The notes beneath the pieces are model-generated. The model was not told where the DNA came from and searched no databases. It saw only the letters and a list, made by a program, of their open reading frames with translations. Positions 13,097 to 25,398 of a stretch of DNA of 64,000 bases are shown here, piece by piece (the first letter of the stretch is position 1; each line of letters begins with the position of its first letter). The translations under genes were made by a program, and so were the position numbers. The DNA is taken from the NCBI GenBank assembly GCA_018398765.1, contig JAHBMJ010000388.1:62001-126000 (forward strand), written 5' to 3'. The stretch comes from Chromera velia. Its lineage: Eukaryota.

Positions 13097-13332
13097 GCAA
13101 CTATTCAGCATATACGCAGAGTTGTCGAGTTTTTTTTGTACTCATCAGTGATTATGGAGTTAGGGGGGTCAGAAACCCCAAAATCACCTTAAATAACCAC
13201 TTTCAAAATTGTTTTTAATGAGTTCGTAACCACATATCAACTCTTAAAAACAGTTCATTAAGCTTCCAATATGCCATTTGTACTGATTACGGAGTTAGGC
13301 TCGATAACTCGGCGTATATGTTGAATAGTCGC
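13097..13332. mobile_element. MITE-like element (~236 bp) with ~33-bp terminal inverted repeats
   Basis: GCAACTATTCAGCATATACGCAGAGTTGTCGAG at 13097 is the inverse of CTCGATAACTCGGCGTATATGTTGAATAGTCGC ending at 13332 (4 mismatches). No clear TSD. Confidence 0.65.
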
Positions 13333-14109
13333 GGTGTATGCAACAGATGTTGTTACATATGTTGGCCGCACGGATATATGTCAGGCCACAGCATCTGTAA
13401 AATTATATAAATACCAGAGAGAATCACCTTGTAGTTGGAGACGGTTGGAGATGGTTAAACGAGCATGAATCGGAATTAAAGTTAGAGAAAGAAACAAAGA
13501 AAACTCTGCTCTTAGATTAACATACTTCTAAGAAGAAAATGACGTATACAGAGACTTGGTCAACATAACGTACTATAACATAAAAGCTAACATGAAAGAC
13601 ACAGTTAAATTATGACTCTAGTTATGATTCTACCAAGACACACGATTGATAAATCCTTATTTTTACTAAAAAATTAAAGGAATATAAAAAAATAATGTTT
13701 CCTCATTTGTAGCTTAAATTTACTTACACTTTTACTTTATAGGATGAATATAGCGGAATATAGAGGTCCTTTACATATAATACATATATATATATTAATG
13801 CTTCTTTTAGCTTATTTTAGCTCCCTTTATTTGGATAATATTCTAGTGGTATTGTTAGTTAGTTATGTATATAGAAATTATATACGTTTTCTATTATTAC
13901 ATTGTTCTTCTAAATTATTAGTAAGATGTTCTAATACTACAATGATCAAATCTACACGCTTATTATAGTTAACTGTGCTCACTTACTTAATCACCAATAT
14001 ACTGACTCACTCACTCACTAAGTAATTCTTGCTCAGAGTTTCTTCACTCACTGACTCACTCACTTACTCCCTCACTCTTCCTATCTCTCTGCGATCTCTC
14101 AGTGCCTCT

Positions 14110-15365
14110 CACTCACATGCCCAAAGGTGATGGCTTCTATTAACATTGTCATACCTATATACATACCCAAAGGGCTTCTGTTCACCGCTGTTTATATACT
14201 CGCTCTCTCTGTCTCTTTTCGTTTATATTTATTTATCTACAGCCCCTCAAGATCGTGGCTTGAAGTTCTGTTTATACGCTGAGTCTCGACGTTCTCTCTT
14301 AGACTAAGTGATAGGCTGTCTCTCTTCATTCACGTACCTACACACCCATATAAACATCTTCTGTTGATATACTTGTGCGAGTACTTGTCCTTCTTCATTC
14401 ACCCACATGCTCAAACGGCTTCTCTTCATCTAACCTATTCACACCGGTTCACATACTCGCTTTCCCTGTTTGTTTTCATTCACCTACACCATCGTGACAC
14501 CCTAAATAGCTTCTGTTTACACACTCACTCTCCATGTCTCTCTTCATTATTCTTTATTTATTCACTGCTTGACGCCCAAACTAGGGCCCAAGTGGCTTCT
14601 GTTCACACGCTCACTCCCCCTGTCTCTCTTCATTCATCCACAGGCCCCAGCGGCCTCTTTTCACACGTACACCTGATCTCTTTTTATTCATCCACGGGCC
14701 TAGCCACAGGCCCAAGCGGCTTCTGTTCAGTGACATGCACTTGATCTCTCTTTATTCACCTACACGCCTAAACAGCCTCTTTTCATACATTCGCTCTTCC
14801 TGTCTTCATTCATCCATCCACATGCAGGCCTAAGCGGCTTCTGTTCATACACTCGCACCCACACGCCCAAACGGTTTCTGTTCACACACTCACTTTCCCT
14901 CCCTGATCCCTCTTCATTCATCCACAGGCCCAAGCGGCTTCTGTTCACATACCTGATCTCTCTTTATTCATCCATAAGCCTAGCTGCAAGCCGAAGCGGC
15001 TTCTGTTCAGTGATACACACTTGATCTCTCTTTATTCATCCACAAGCCTAAATGGCTTCTGTTCACACACTCGCACCCATATGCCTAAACGGCTTTTTTT
15101 CACACACTTGATCTATCTTTATTTATCCACGGGCCCAAGCGGCTTCTGGTCACACACTTAATCTCTCTTTATTCATCCAGAGGCCTAACTACAGGCCCAA
15201 GCGGTTTCTGCTCACATAGTCGTTCTCCTGGTCTCTCTTTCTTCGTCTCTACGCCCAAATAGTTTCGGTTTACACACTCATGCATACTTTTATATACACT
15301 CGCTCTCTCTGTCTCTCTTTATTCATCCACCTGTAGGCCTAAACGGCTTCTGTTCATACACACAC
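14110..15365. repeat. Degenerate minisatellite (~45-60 bp units; core CTCTCTTTATTCATCCAC...GGCCCAAGCGGCTTCTGTTCACAC)
   Basis: GGCTTCTGTTCA and TTATTCATCCA motifs recur many times with variable spacing. Confidence 0.8.
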
Positions 15366-15456
15366 ACACACACACAGACAGATCCGGTCCGTCTAGTACA
15401 TGGCATGTACCCAAGAGCAAGGCCAAATGCTTCCCATCTCCTTGTGCTCAATGCAC

Positions 15457-15457
<1 letters not shown>

Positions 15458-15513
<56 letters not shown>

Positions 15514-15540
15514 AAAAGAGAGAGAGAGAGAGCCACAGAA

Positions 15541-15595
<55 letters not shown>

Positions 15596-15625
15596 AAGAA
15601 AAAGAAAAAGAGAAAGAGAAACGGA
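15458..15625. repeat. (AG)n microsatellite
   Basis: Directly visible. Confidence 0.9.
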
Positions 15626-15699
15626 AAAGAATAAGTAAGCAGACTAACCCGTTCTCGTTTGTGTCTGCTCGGCAGTGCGTAAGCTGCTGCCACCACACG

Positions 15700-17220
15700 G
15701 CCAGGCGTTTTTGACTCGGAGGGACCTTTGAGTGAGCGAGTGATGAGATGGGTGAAAAGCTCAGCCAGGGGGAGTCGGATCATAATGGAGCACCTGTAGA
15801 CCGCATCGAGCTGTAAATGGCGTCTGGGTGAGGGCAATTGCCCCTGTATTTCAAACAGTACTAGAAACAGTACCACCATGGAGATCGAGAAGGCTATGAG
15901 GCCTTGCAGTTCAACTGGGGGGAGCTCTTTCTTTCTATTTTTATGTGCGATACGATTTTATGCCTGCAGAAGCCTTTTAAACAGTTCTCTGACTTGCACC
16001 CCCTCTGCTCCCACCACCCCCTAATTTTCCCAAAAGGCAGTCCACGTTGATAGATCAATCCAGAGATAAGTCTGAAGTGACTCATATAGGTCTATCCCCC
16101 TCCCACACAGGCCGGGGGTCGCCATATAGACTATTAGACGGAGTCCACCAAGAAACGCATCACCTTCAGAAAAGTTCCCACCAACCCCCTACATGAACAG
16201 AAAGTCTAAGAGGTACCCTTCCAGCACCAGTAATAAATCACCCCGTCGGTATGCACGATAAAGACCTTCCCCCACCGGCAGCCTCTTAATGGAAATACGT
16301 TTTGCCCATGTGAGGAGGGCTGCCGACTGGTTGGTGGTTTCACTAGGGGGGAGGGAGACAGGGTCTTCATCAACTTTGAGTGTTGTGTATGTATGTATGG
16401 ATGGACGATGTTCTAATATGAGACGGGAGTGAATAGAATCGTATATAGGGGAGACCTTGTGTCTGATTTTTTGAGGATCAGAGCACACTGTGCTAAGTAA
16501 AGCGTTTCTGTCTAGGTTTCTGTCCCGTCTGTTTCATTCTTTACTCTTTTCAAAAAGTTGGCAGATCGCAGGTAGAAGTACACTTCTAGGTTGCACTCCT
16601 TTTTAGGCTTCTCTGTCCTCTCTTCTCCTTTCTTATTCTTTCTATTTTTTTTTTTTCTTCTTCTTCTTGGACTTCTTTTCGGAGTGTTCTTCAGACGGAG
16701 GAACCGGGCCACTAGCCGGGCCATCCTCCTGGTCAAGTGGCTGAGGGGGAGACGGGGTGAGGTCAATGACAGCTGGAGATCCAAACCAGTCTGTGCCCGC
16801 TTTTTTGATGAGCAGCACGTCGGTGATCGGGTTTTCAGGAGCCTCCGGATCGGGTACCTGAGTGCCATAGCGCCAGACGGTTGGGGTAGGGAAGTTTGGG
16901 GAGGCCCATCTAACCACTTTCCCCCTCAGCTTTGGAGGAGCATCCTTATAGAGGACCTTTAATGTGAGGTACCTCCAATCTGAAAACAGTCTTCTATAAT
17001 GGATTGTCCTCTCCCTCTTCTCTCTTATCTCTGTGTTAGTATATTTTTCTTTTATCGATTCTATCTTCGCTCTCGAAATCTCAACGGGAGGAAGACTGAG
17101 AAACAGAATCGACGCGCTGGAGTCCCCCCTGACCGGCACCACCTGCACTGTCATCCCGCCTGTGTGGGGTATAAAAATCAAAGAACATGACATAAGGATA
17201 CAGTTAGATACACTTTGCAA
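15700..17220 (-). pseudogene. Decayed coding region of unknown family, probably element-borne
   Basis: Protein-like ORF pieces 16642-17220, 16189-16488 and ~15700-15879 on the same strand; the frame continues between pieces through several TAG/TGA/TAA stops. No recognisable motif. Confidence 0.35.
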
Positions 17221-17919
17221 ACGGAATAATTGATAATCTAATTAATCGGAGAGACGGCAATAACTGAAAGCCTGATTGAACATGCACCCAGTCGACGGTT
17301 AAAATCAAACTATACACAACAATTCACTTTCCTACGCGGCCCATCCACTCTGGAAAAATTGGTAAGGGGTCTTCAGCTCGGGAATATTTGGTATTGAAGA
17401 CTAGAGAAAATTAGCCTTCGATGGGTCAGATGTTTTGATTTCAGCAGTGTTTTTTGCCTTATTTGAGCCTTTGTGGGAAAGTTTGACAAGGGGGGGGCAA
17501 AAAAGGGAAAATTTGGCAGGAGTTTTAAAGTTCTGGTACCAAAAATTCCCGAGTGGATGGGCCGCGCTTTCCTATTTGAAGGGGACTCGGCCATCGAACA
17601 AAGGAGTCCTGTTGTACTAGAAAAGCATGGAGAAAGGTCTCCTTGTTAACATCAGAAGATGAAGAACTACGAAGAACGGTCTTATCAGGAAGTATCAGAA
17701 AGTCAGTTTATATACGAAGTGCTCTAAAGTGCTCTCCCGTGGATGTATTTCCTATCGATTAATGCGGCAAAAACTTTTAGTTGGTCCTAAGTTAGATGGT
17801 GTGAGTGAGCTGGGCACCGAAGAAGGGACTTCCAACAGGCTCTGGAGGGCTGAAATCAATAAACTTGGATCTGATTCTGGGAGGGGCAGCATGCCCGTTG
17901 TTTGGTAATTAAATGGTAA

Positions 17920-18330
17920 TTAAGTGTCCCCCATATGCCCATGTATCCTCCATATGCCCCGCGGCCCCGCTTCGCTTTCCAAAGCCATATATGGCCCCAG
18001 AAAGCGAAGCGGGGGGCACTTACAAAACAGAAATACCCCAGCCCACGTGCATGTACGTACACTGTCTTTCGGCAAAAACCCGGCCCCGAAAGGCTAAATG
18101 TGCGCCAATTATGCGTATGTCAGATCTTTCGCCAAAAAAAGGCCCCGGAAAGATCCCGCCCCAAATGGTCTAGAAAAGCGTGCATGAACCCGCGTCGTCA
18201 TGCATGCGTGCGTCAGTGGCCCCGGAAAAAGATAGGCTGCATCCCCAGGCTTTTTTCCTGGGGGAGGGGGGGTTCTGCGGCTTTTCCCGCGGGGGTGGGT
18301 GGGTCGGCGCGACCGCCCGCTCGGCTGGCC
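17920..18330. other. GC-rich hairpin-containing putative element terminus
   Basis: Stem CCCCGCTTCGCTTTC...GAAAGCGAAGCGGGG (~17965-18014). The following sequence is related, in inverted orientation, to 30360-30505. Confidence 0.5.
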
Positions 18331-18418
18331 GGCGTGCGTCAATCGTGAAGTTCTCATTTTTCTTGCTTTCCGGGGCTGTTCGCAAGCTTGCTTGCGTCAG
18401 ATGGCCATATATGCATAA

Positions 18419-21400
18419 CGCTAGGCCATACCGATAATGAACACTAGCGTACATATTCCTACCACAGAGAGGTCCAAAAGGTTCAAATATCATGAAAGTC
18501 AAACAGTCAGAAACGGTTACAGTCTGTGTGGATGCACTGTCTCTGCATGCATGAACATACAGGGGAAAAACCCACCAAACACACAAACAGAGGCTCTGCC
18601 CGGCTTTTCAGAGTCGTGTGGGGGACTGCCTGCCTGCAGGGATATACATGCATGCATAGAGTTCAAAATGGCTCAGAGAGGAGTACCAGTCTGTGCATGC
18701 ACAGCTGCTTTCATTGCCTACCTATCCCGTTCCTCACTGGACTGTAGCAGCTCGAGCCACAGATCTTTGCAGTTATGACTGAAAAAAATGATCCCCTATC
18801 TGGCTGTGTGGTATGAGTATGCAGTTAACAGAGGAGACGGACATGCTGCTCTAGCTCATCTAAATCTGTTTGTTTGAGTGTCTAACTGTTGATTTCTTGT
18901 GGTATGGACCCCATGTGTTCTCAACTACTCTTGTCACACTTTCATTTGCCATGGTGATTGATTGGTGCAAGAGAGAATACATACCCATATGAAGCATCGC
19001 TACTTTCAAACAGAATACATGCAGACATACATACATGCAGATAGACCGTTCGATGCATCCAAGTCAAAAATTGATCAAAAGAGTTAGATAGCCCTAAAGA
19101 GCAGTGTTACGGTTGTCCCGTAGTGTTCATTCTCGGTATGGCTTCGCGGCCTGAGTGGTTATTTCAGGAAATAGAAAAGGCATGACAAACCCATTAAAGG
19201 TAAACAAATAGAGCAGTGCTACTATCTCAAAAAGGGTTTCAAACAATTAGAAGGCTTGATAGTGTGAGTGAGAGAGAAGCGAAAGTGTCAGTCTCTTTAA
19301 GAGTGCTCTGCTGCAGGTGGAAAGGGGGGGGGGTCAACCGTACTGACAAGTTGCTGACCTCTTTCAATGAAGAAACAGGGAGGCCAGACAGTAAACACCT
19401 GCATTGAGGTACAGTGCAGCAAATATGTGTAGATACACTCTGATGGCATGCAGGTCGCAGTCCTTCCCGAAATGACCCCTCACGACGCCAGGCCATACCG
19501 ACAATGAACACTAGCGTACATATTCCTACCACAGAGAGGTCTGAAAGGTTTAAATATCGTGAACGTCAAACAGTCAGAAACGGTTACAGTCTGTGTGGAT
19601 GCACTGTCTCTGCATGCATGAACATACAGGGGAAAAACCCACCAAACACACAAACAGAGGCTCTGCCCGGCTTTTCAGAGTCGTGTGGGGGACTGCCTGC
19701 CTGCAGGGATATACATGCATGCATAGAGTTCAAAATGGCTCAGAGAGGAGTACCAGTCTGTGCATGCACAGCTGCTTTCATTGCCTACCTATCCCGTTCC
19801 TCACTGGACTGTAGCAGCTCGAGCCACAGATCTTTGCAGTTATGACTGAAAAAAATGATCCCCTACCTGGCTGTGTGGTGTGAGCATGCAGTTGACAGAG
19901 GAGACGGACATGCTGCTCTGGCTCATCTAAATCTGTTTGTTTGAGTGTCTAACTGTTGACTTCTTGTGGTATGGACCCCATGTGTTCTGAAGTACTCTTG
20001 TCACACTTTCATTTGCCATGGTGATTGATTGGTGCGAGAGAGAATACATACCCACACGAAGCATCGCTACTTTTAAACAGAACACATGCAGACATACATG
20101 CATGCAGATAGACCGTTCGATGCATCCAAGTTAAAAATTGATCAAAAGAGTTAGATGGCCCCGAAGAGCAGTGTTATGGTTGTCCCGCAGTGTTCATTCT
20201 CGGTATGGCCTCGCGGCCTGAGTGGTCATTTCAGGAAATAGAAAAGGCATGACAGAGCCATTAAAGGTAAACAAATAAAGCAGTGCCACTATCTCAAAAA
20301 GGGTTTCAAACAATTAGAGGGCTTGATGGTGTGAGTGAGAAAGAAGCGAAAGTATCTTTAAGAGTGCTCTACTACAGGTGGAAAAGGGGGGGGGTCAACC
20401 GTACTGACAAGTTGCTGACCTCTTTCAATGAAGAAACAGGGAGGCCAGACAGCAAACACCTGCATTGAGGTACAGTGCAGCAAATATATGTAGATACGCT
20501 CTGATGGCATACAGGTCGCAGTCCTTCCCGAAATGACCCCTCACGACGCCAGGCCATACCAACAACGAACACTAGCGTACATATTCTTACCACAGAGAGG
20601 TCCGAAAGGTTTAAATATCGTGAACGTCAAACAGTCAGAAACGGTTACAGTCTATGTGAATGCACTGTTTCTGCATGTATGAACATATAGGGGAAAAACC
20701 CACTATACATATAAACAGAGGCTCCGCCCGGCTTTTCAGAGTCGTGTGGGGGACTGCCTGCCTGCAGGGATACACATGCATGCATAGAGTCCAAAATCGC
20801 TCAGAGAGGAGTACCAGTCTGTGCATGCACAGCTGCTTTCGTTACGTACCTATCCCGTTCCTCACTGGACTGTAGCAGCCCGAGCCACAGATCTTTACAG
20901 TTATGACTGAAAAAAATGATCCCCTATCTGGCTGTGTGGTGTGAGCATGCAGTTAACAGAGGAGACGGACATGCTGCTCTGGCTCATCTAAATCTGTTTG
21001 TTTGAGTGTCTAACTGTTGACTTCTTGTGGTATGGACCCCATGTGTTCTGAAGTACTCTTGTCACACTTTCATTTGCCATGGTGATTGATTGGTGCAAGA
21101 GAGAATACATACCCATATGAAGCATCGCTACTTTCAAACAGAATACATGCAGACATACATACATGCAGATAGACCGTTCGATGCATCCAAGTCAAAAATT
21201 GATTAAAAGAGTTAGATGGCCCCAAAGAGCAGTGTTACGGTTGTCCCGCAGTGTTCATTCTCGGTATGGCCTCGCGGCCTGAGTGGTCATTTCAGGAAAT
21301 AGAAAAGGCATGACAGAGCCATTAAAGGTAAACAAATAGAGCAGTGCCACTATCTCAAAAAGGGTTTCAAACAATTAGAGGGTTTCATGGTATGAGTGAG

Positions 21401-24400
21401 AGAGAAGCGAAAGTGTCTTTAAGAGTGCCCTNNNNNNNNNNNTGTAGATACGCTCTGATGGCATGCAGGTCGCAGTCCTTCCCGAAATGACCCCTCACGA
21501 CGCCAGGCCATACCGACAATGAACACTAGCGTACATATTCCTACCACAGAGAGGTCCGAAAGGTTTAAATATCGTGAACATCAAACAATCAGAAACGGTT
21601 ACAGTCTGTGTGGATGCACTGTCTCTGCATGCATGAACATACAGGGGAAAAACCCACTAAACATACAAACAGAGGCTCCGCCTGGCTTTTCAGAGTCGTG
21701 TGGGGGACTGCCTGCCTGCAGGGATACACATGCATGCATAGAGTCCAAAATCGCTCAGAGAGGAGTACCAGTCTATGCATGCACAGCTGCTTTCGTTGCC
21801 TACCTATCCCGTTCCTCACTGGACTGTAGCAGCCCGAGCCACAGATCTTTGCAGTTATGACTGAAAAAAATGATCCCCTACCTGGCTGTGTAGTGTGAGC
21901 ATGCAGTTGACAGAGGAGACGGACATGCTGCTCTGGCTCATCTAAATCTGTTTGTTTGAGTGTCTAACTGTTGACTTCTTGTGGTATGGACCCCATGTGT
22001 TCTGAAGTACTCTTGTCACACTTTCATTTGCCATGGTGATTGATTGGTGCAAGAGAGAATACATACCCATATGAAGCATCGCTACTTTCAAACAGAATAC
22101 ATGCAGACATACATACATGCAGATAGACCGTTCGATGCATCCAAGTCAAAAATTGATTAAAAGAGTTAGATAGCCCTGAAGAGCAGTCTTACGGTTGTCC
22201 CACAGTGTTCATTCTTGGTATGGCCTCGCGGCCTGAGTGGTCATTTCAGGAAATAGAAAAGGCATGACAGACCCATTAAAGATAAACAAATAGAGCAGTG
22301 CCACTATCTTAAAAAGGGTTTCAAACAATTAGAAGGCTTGATGGTGTGAGTGAAAGAGAAGCAAAAGTGTCAGTCTCTTTAAGAGTGCTCTGTTGCAGGT
22401 AGAAAGGGGGGGGGGTCAACCGTACTGACAAGTTGCTGACCTCTTTCAATGAAGAAACAGGGAGGCTAGACAGCAAACACCTGCATTGAGGTACAGTGCA
22501 GCAAATATGTGTAGATACGCTCTGATGGCATGCAGGTCACAGTCCTTCCCGAAATGACCCCTCATGACGGCCTGAGTGGTCATTTCAGGAAATAGAAAAG
22601 GTATGACAGAGCCATTAAAGGTAAATAAATAGAGCAGTGCCACTATCTCAAAAAGGGTTTCAAACAATTAGAGGGCTTGATGGTGTGAGTGAGAGAGAAG
22701 CGAAAGTGTCTTTAAGAGTGCTCTGCTGTAGGTGGAAAGGGGGGGAAGTCAACCGTACTGACAAGTTGCTGACCTCTTTTAATGAAGAAACAGGGAGGCC
22801 AGACAGCAAACACCTGCATTGAGGTACAGTGCAGCAAATATATGTAGATACGCTCTGATGGCATGCAGGTCGCAGTCCTTCCCGAAATGACCCCTCATGA
22901 TGCCGCCATACCAACAATGAACACTAGCGTACATATTCTTACCACAGAGAGGTCCAAAAGGTTTAAATATTGTGAACGTCAAACAGTTAGAAACGGTTAC
23001 AGTCTGTGTGGATGCACTGTTTCTGCATGTATGAACATACAGGGGAAAAACCCACTAAACATACAAACAGAGGCTCCGCCCGGCTTTTCAGAGTCGTATA
23101 GGGGACTGCCTGCCTGCAGGGATACACATGCATACATAGAGTCCAAAATCGCTCAGAGAGCAGTACCAGTCTGTGCATGCACAGCTGCTTTCGTTGCCTA
23201 CCTATCCCATTCCTCACTGCACTGTAGCAACCCGAACCACAGATCTTTGCAGTTATGACTGAAAAAAATGGTCCCCTACCTAGCTGTGTGGTGTGAGCAT
23301 GCAGTTGACAGAGGAGACGGACATGCTGCTCTGGCTCATCTAAATGTGTTTGTTTGAGTGTCTGACTGTTAACTTCTTGTGGTATGGACCCCATGTGTTC
23401 TGAAGTACTCTTGTCACACTTTCATTTGCTATGGTGATTGATTGGTGCGAGAGAGAATACATACCCACACGAAGCATCGCTACTTTCAAACAGAACACAT
23501 GCAGACATATATGTATGCAGATAGACCGTTCGATGCATCCAAGTCAAAAATTAATTAAAACAGTTAGATGGCCCCGAAGAGCAGTGTTGCGGTTGTCCCG
23601 CAGTGTTTATTCTCGGTATGGCCTCGCGGCCTGAGTGGTCATTTCAAGAAATAGAAAAACCATGACAAGGCCATTAAAGGTAAACAAATAAAGCAGTGCC
23701 ACTATCTTAAAAAGGGTTTCAAACAATTAGAAGGCTTGATGGTGTGAGTGAAAGAGAAGTGAAAGTGTCTGTAGGAGTGCTCTGCTGCACGTGGAAAGGG
23801 GGGGGGTCTAGGGGGGGGTCAACTATACTAATAAGTTCTAGGATAAGTTGCTGACCTCTTTCACTAAAGAAAGAGGGAGGCCAGATAGCAAACACCTGCA
23901 TTGAGGTACAGTGCAGCAAATATGTGTAGATACGCTCTGATGGCATGCAGGTCGCAGTCTTTCCCGAAATGACCCCTCACGAGGCCTGAGTGGTCATTTC
24001 AAGAAATAGAAAAGGCATGACAAAGCCATTAAAGGTAAACAAATAGAGCAGTGCCACTATCTTAAAGAGGGTTTCAAACAATTAGAAGGCTTGATGGTGT
24101 GAGTGAAAGAGAAGTGAAAGTGTTTGTAGGAGTGCTCTGCTGCACGTGGAAAGGGGGGGGGTCTAGGGGGGGGTCAACCGTACTGACAAGTTACTGACCT
24201 CTTTCAATGAAAAAACAGGGAGGCCAGGCAGCAAACACCTGCATTGAGGTACAGTGCAGCAAATATGTGTAGATACGCTCTGATGGCATGCAGGTCGCAG
24301 TCCTTTCCGAAATGACCCCTCACGAGGCCTGAGTGGTCATTTCAAGAAATAGAAAAGGCATGACAAAGCCATTAAAGGTAAATAAATAGAGCAGTGCCAC

Positions 24401-25398
24401 TATCTTAAAAAGGGCTTCAAACAATTAGAAGGCTTGATGGTGTGAGTGAAAGAGAAGTGAAAGTATCTGTAGGAGTACTCTGCTGCACGTGGAAAGGGGA
24501 GGGGTCTAGGGGGGGGTTAACCGTACTGACAAGTTGCTGACTTCTTTTAATGAAGAAACAGGGAGGCCAGACAGCAAACACCTGCATTGAGGTACAGTGC
24601 AGCAAATATATGTAGATATGCTCTGATGGCATGCAGGTCGCAGTCCTTTCTGAAATGACCCCTCACGACGCCAGGCCATACCGACAATGAACACTAGCGT
24701 ACATATTCCTACTACAGAGAGGTCCGAAAGGTTCAAATATCGTGAACGTCAAACAGTCAGAAACGGTTACAGTCTGTGTGGATGCACTGTCTCTGCATGC
24801 ATGAATATACAAGGAAAAAAACCACCAAACATATAAACAGAGGCTCCACCCGGCTTTTTAGAGTCGTGTGGGGGACTGCCTGCCTGCAGGGATACACATG
24901 CATGCATAGAGTCCAAAATCGGTCGGAGAGCAGTACCAGTCTGTGCATGCACAGCTGCTTTCGTTGCCTACCTATCCCATTCCTCACTGCACTGTAGCAG
25001 CCTGAGCCACAGATCTTTGCAGTTATGACTAAAAAAAATGGTCCCCTGTTTGGCTGTGTAGTGTGAGCATGCAGTTGACAGAGGAGACGGACATGCTGCT
25101 CTGGCTCATCTAAATATGTTTGTTTGAGTGTCTGACTGTTGACTTCTTGTGGTATGGACCCCATGTATTCTGAAGTACTCTTATCACACTTTCATTTGCC
25201 ACGGTGATTGATTGGTGCGACAGAGAATACATACCCACACGAAGCATCGCTACTTTCAAACAGAACACATGCAGACATATATGCATGCAGATAGACCGTT
25301 TGATGCATCCAAGTCAAAAATTAATCAAAAGAGTTGGATGGCCCCAAAGAGCAGTGTTGCGGTTGTCCCACAGTGTTCATTCTCGGTATGGCCTTGCG
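18419..25398. repeat. Two-cassette tandem array A-B-A-B-A-B-A-B-B-A-B-B-B-A with CG-centred junctions
   Basis: A copies: 18421-19146, 19488-20213, 20549-21274, 21503-22228, 22903-23626, 24671-25396. B copies: 19149-19485, 20216-20546, 21277-21500 (contains N gap), 22231-22567, 22570-22900, 23629-23982, 23984-24325, 24327-24668. Basic A+B period is 1067 bp. Confidence 0.95.

Noticed and set aside
18419..25398. CRISPR array, or tandem rRNA/5S/snRNA/tRNA genes
   Set aside because: The intervening segments are repeated rather than unique spacers, no cas genes are present, and the context is eukaryotic. I could not recognise rRNA, snRNA or a tRNA cloverleaf; GCCTGAGTGGTC only loosely resembles an A-box. 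An Rfam scan was not possible.
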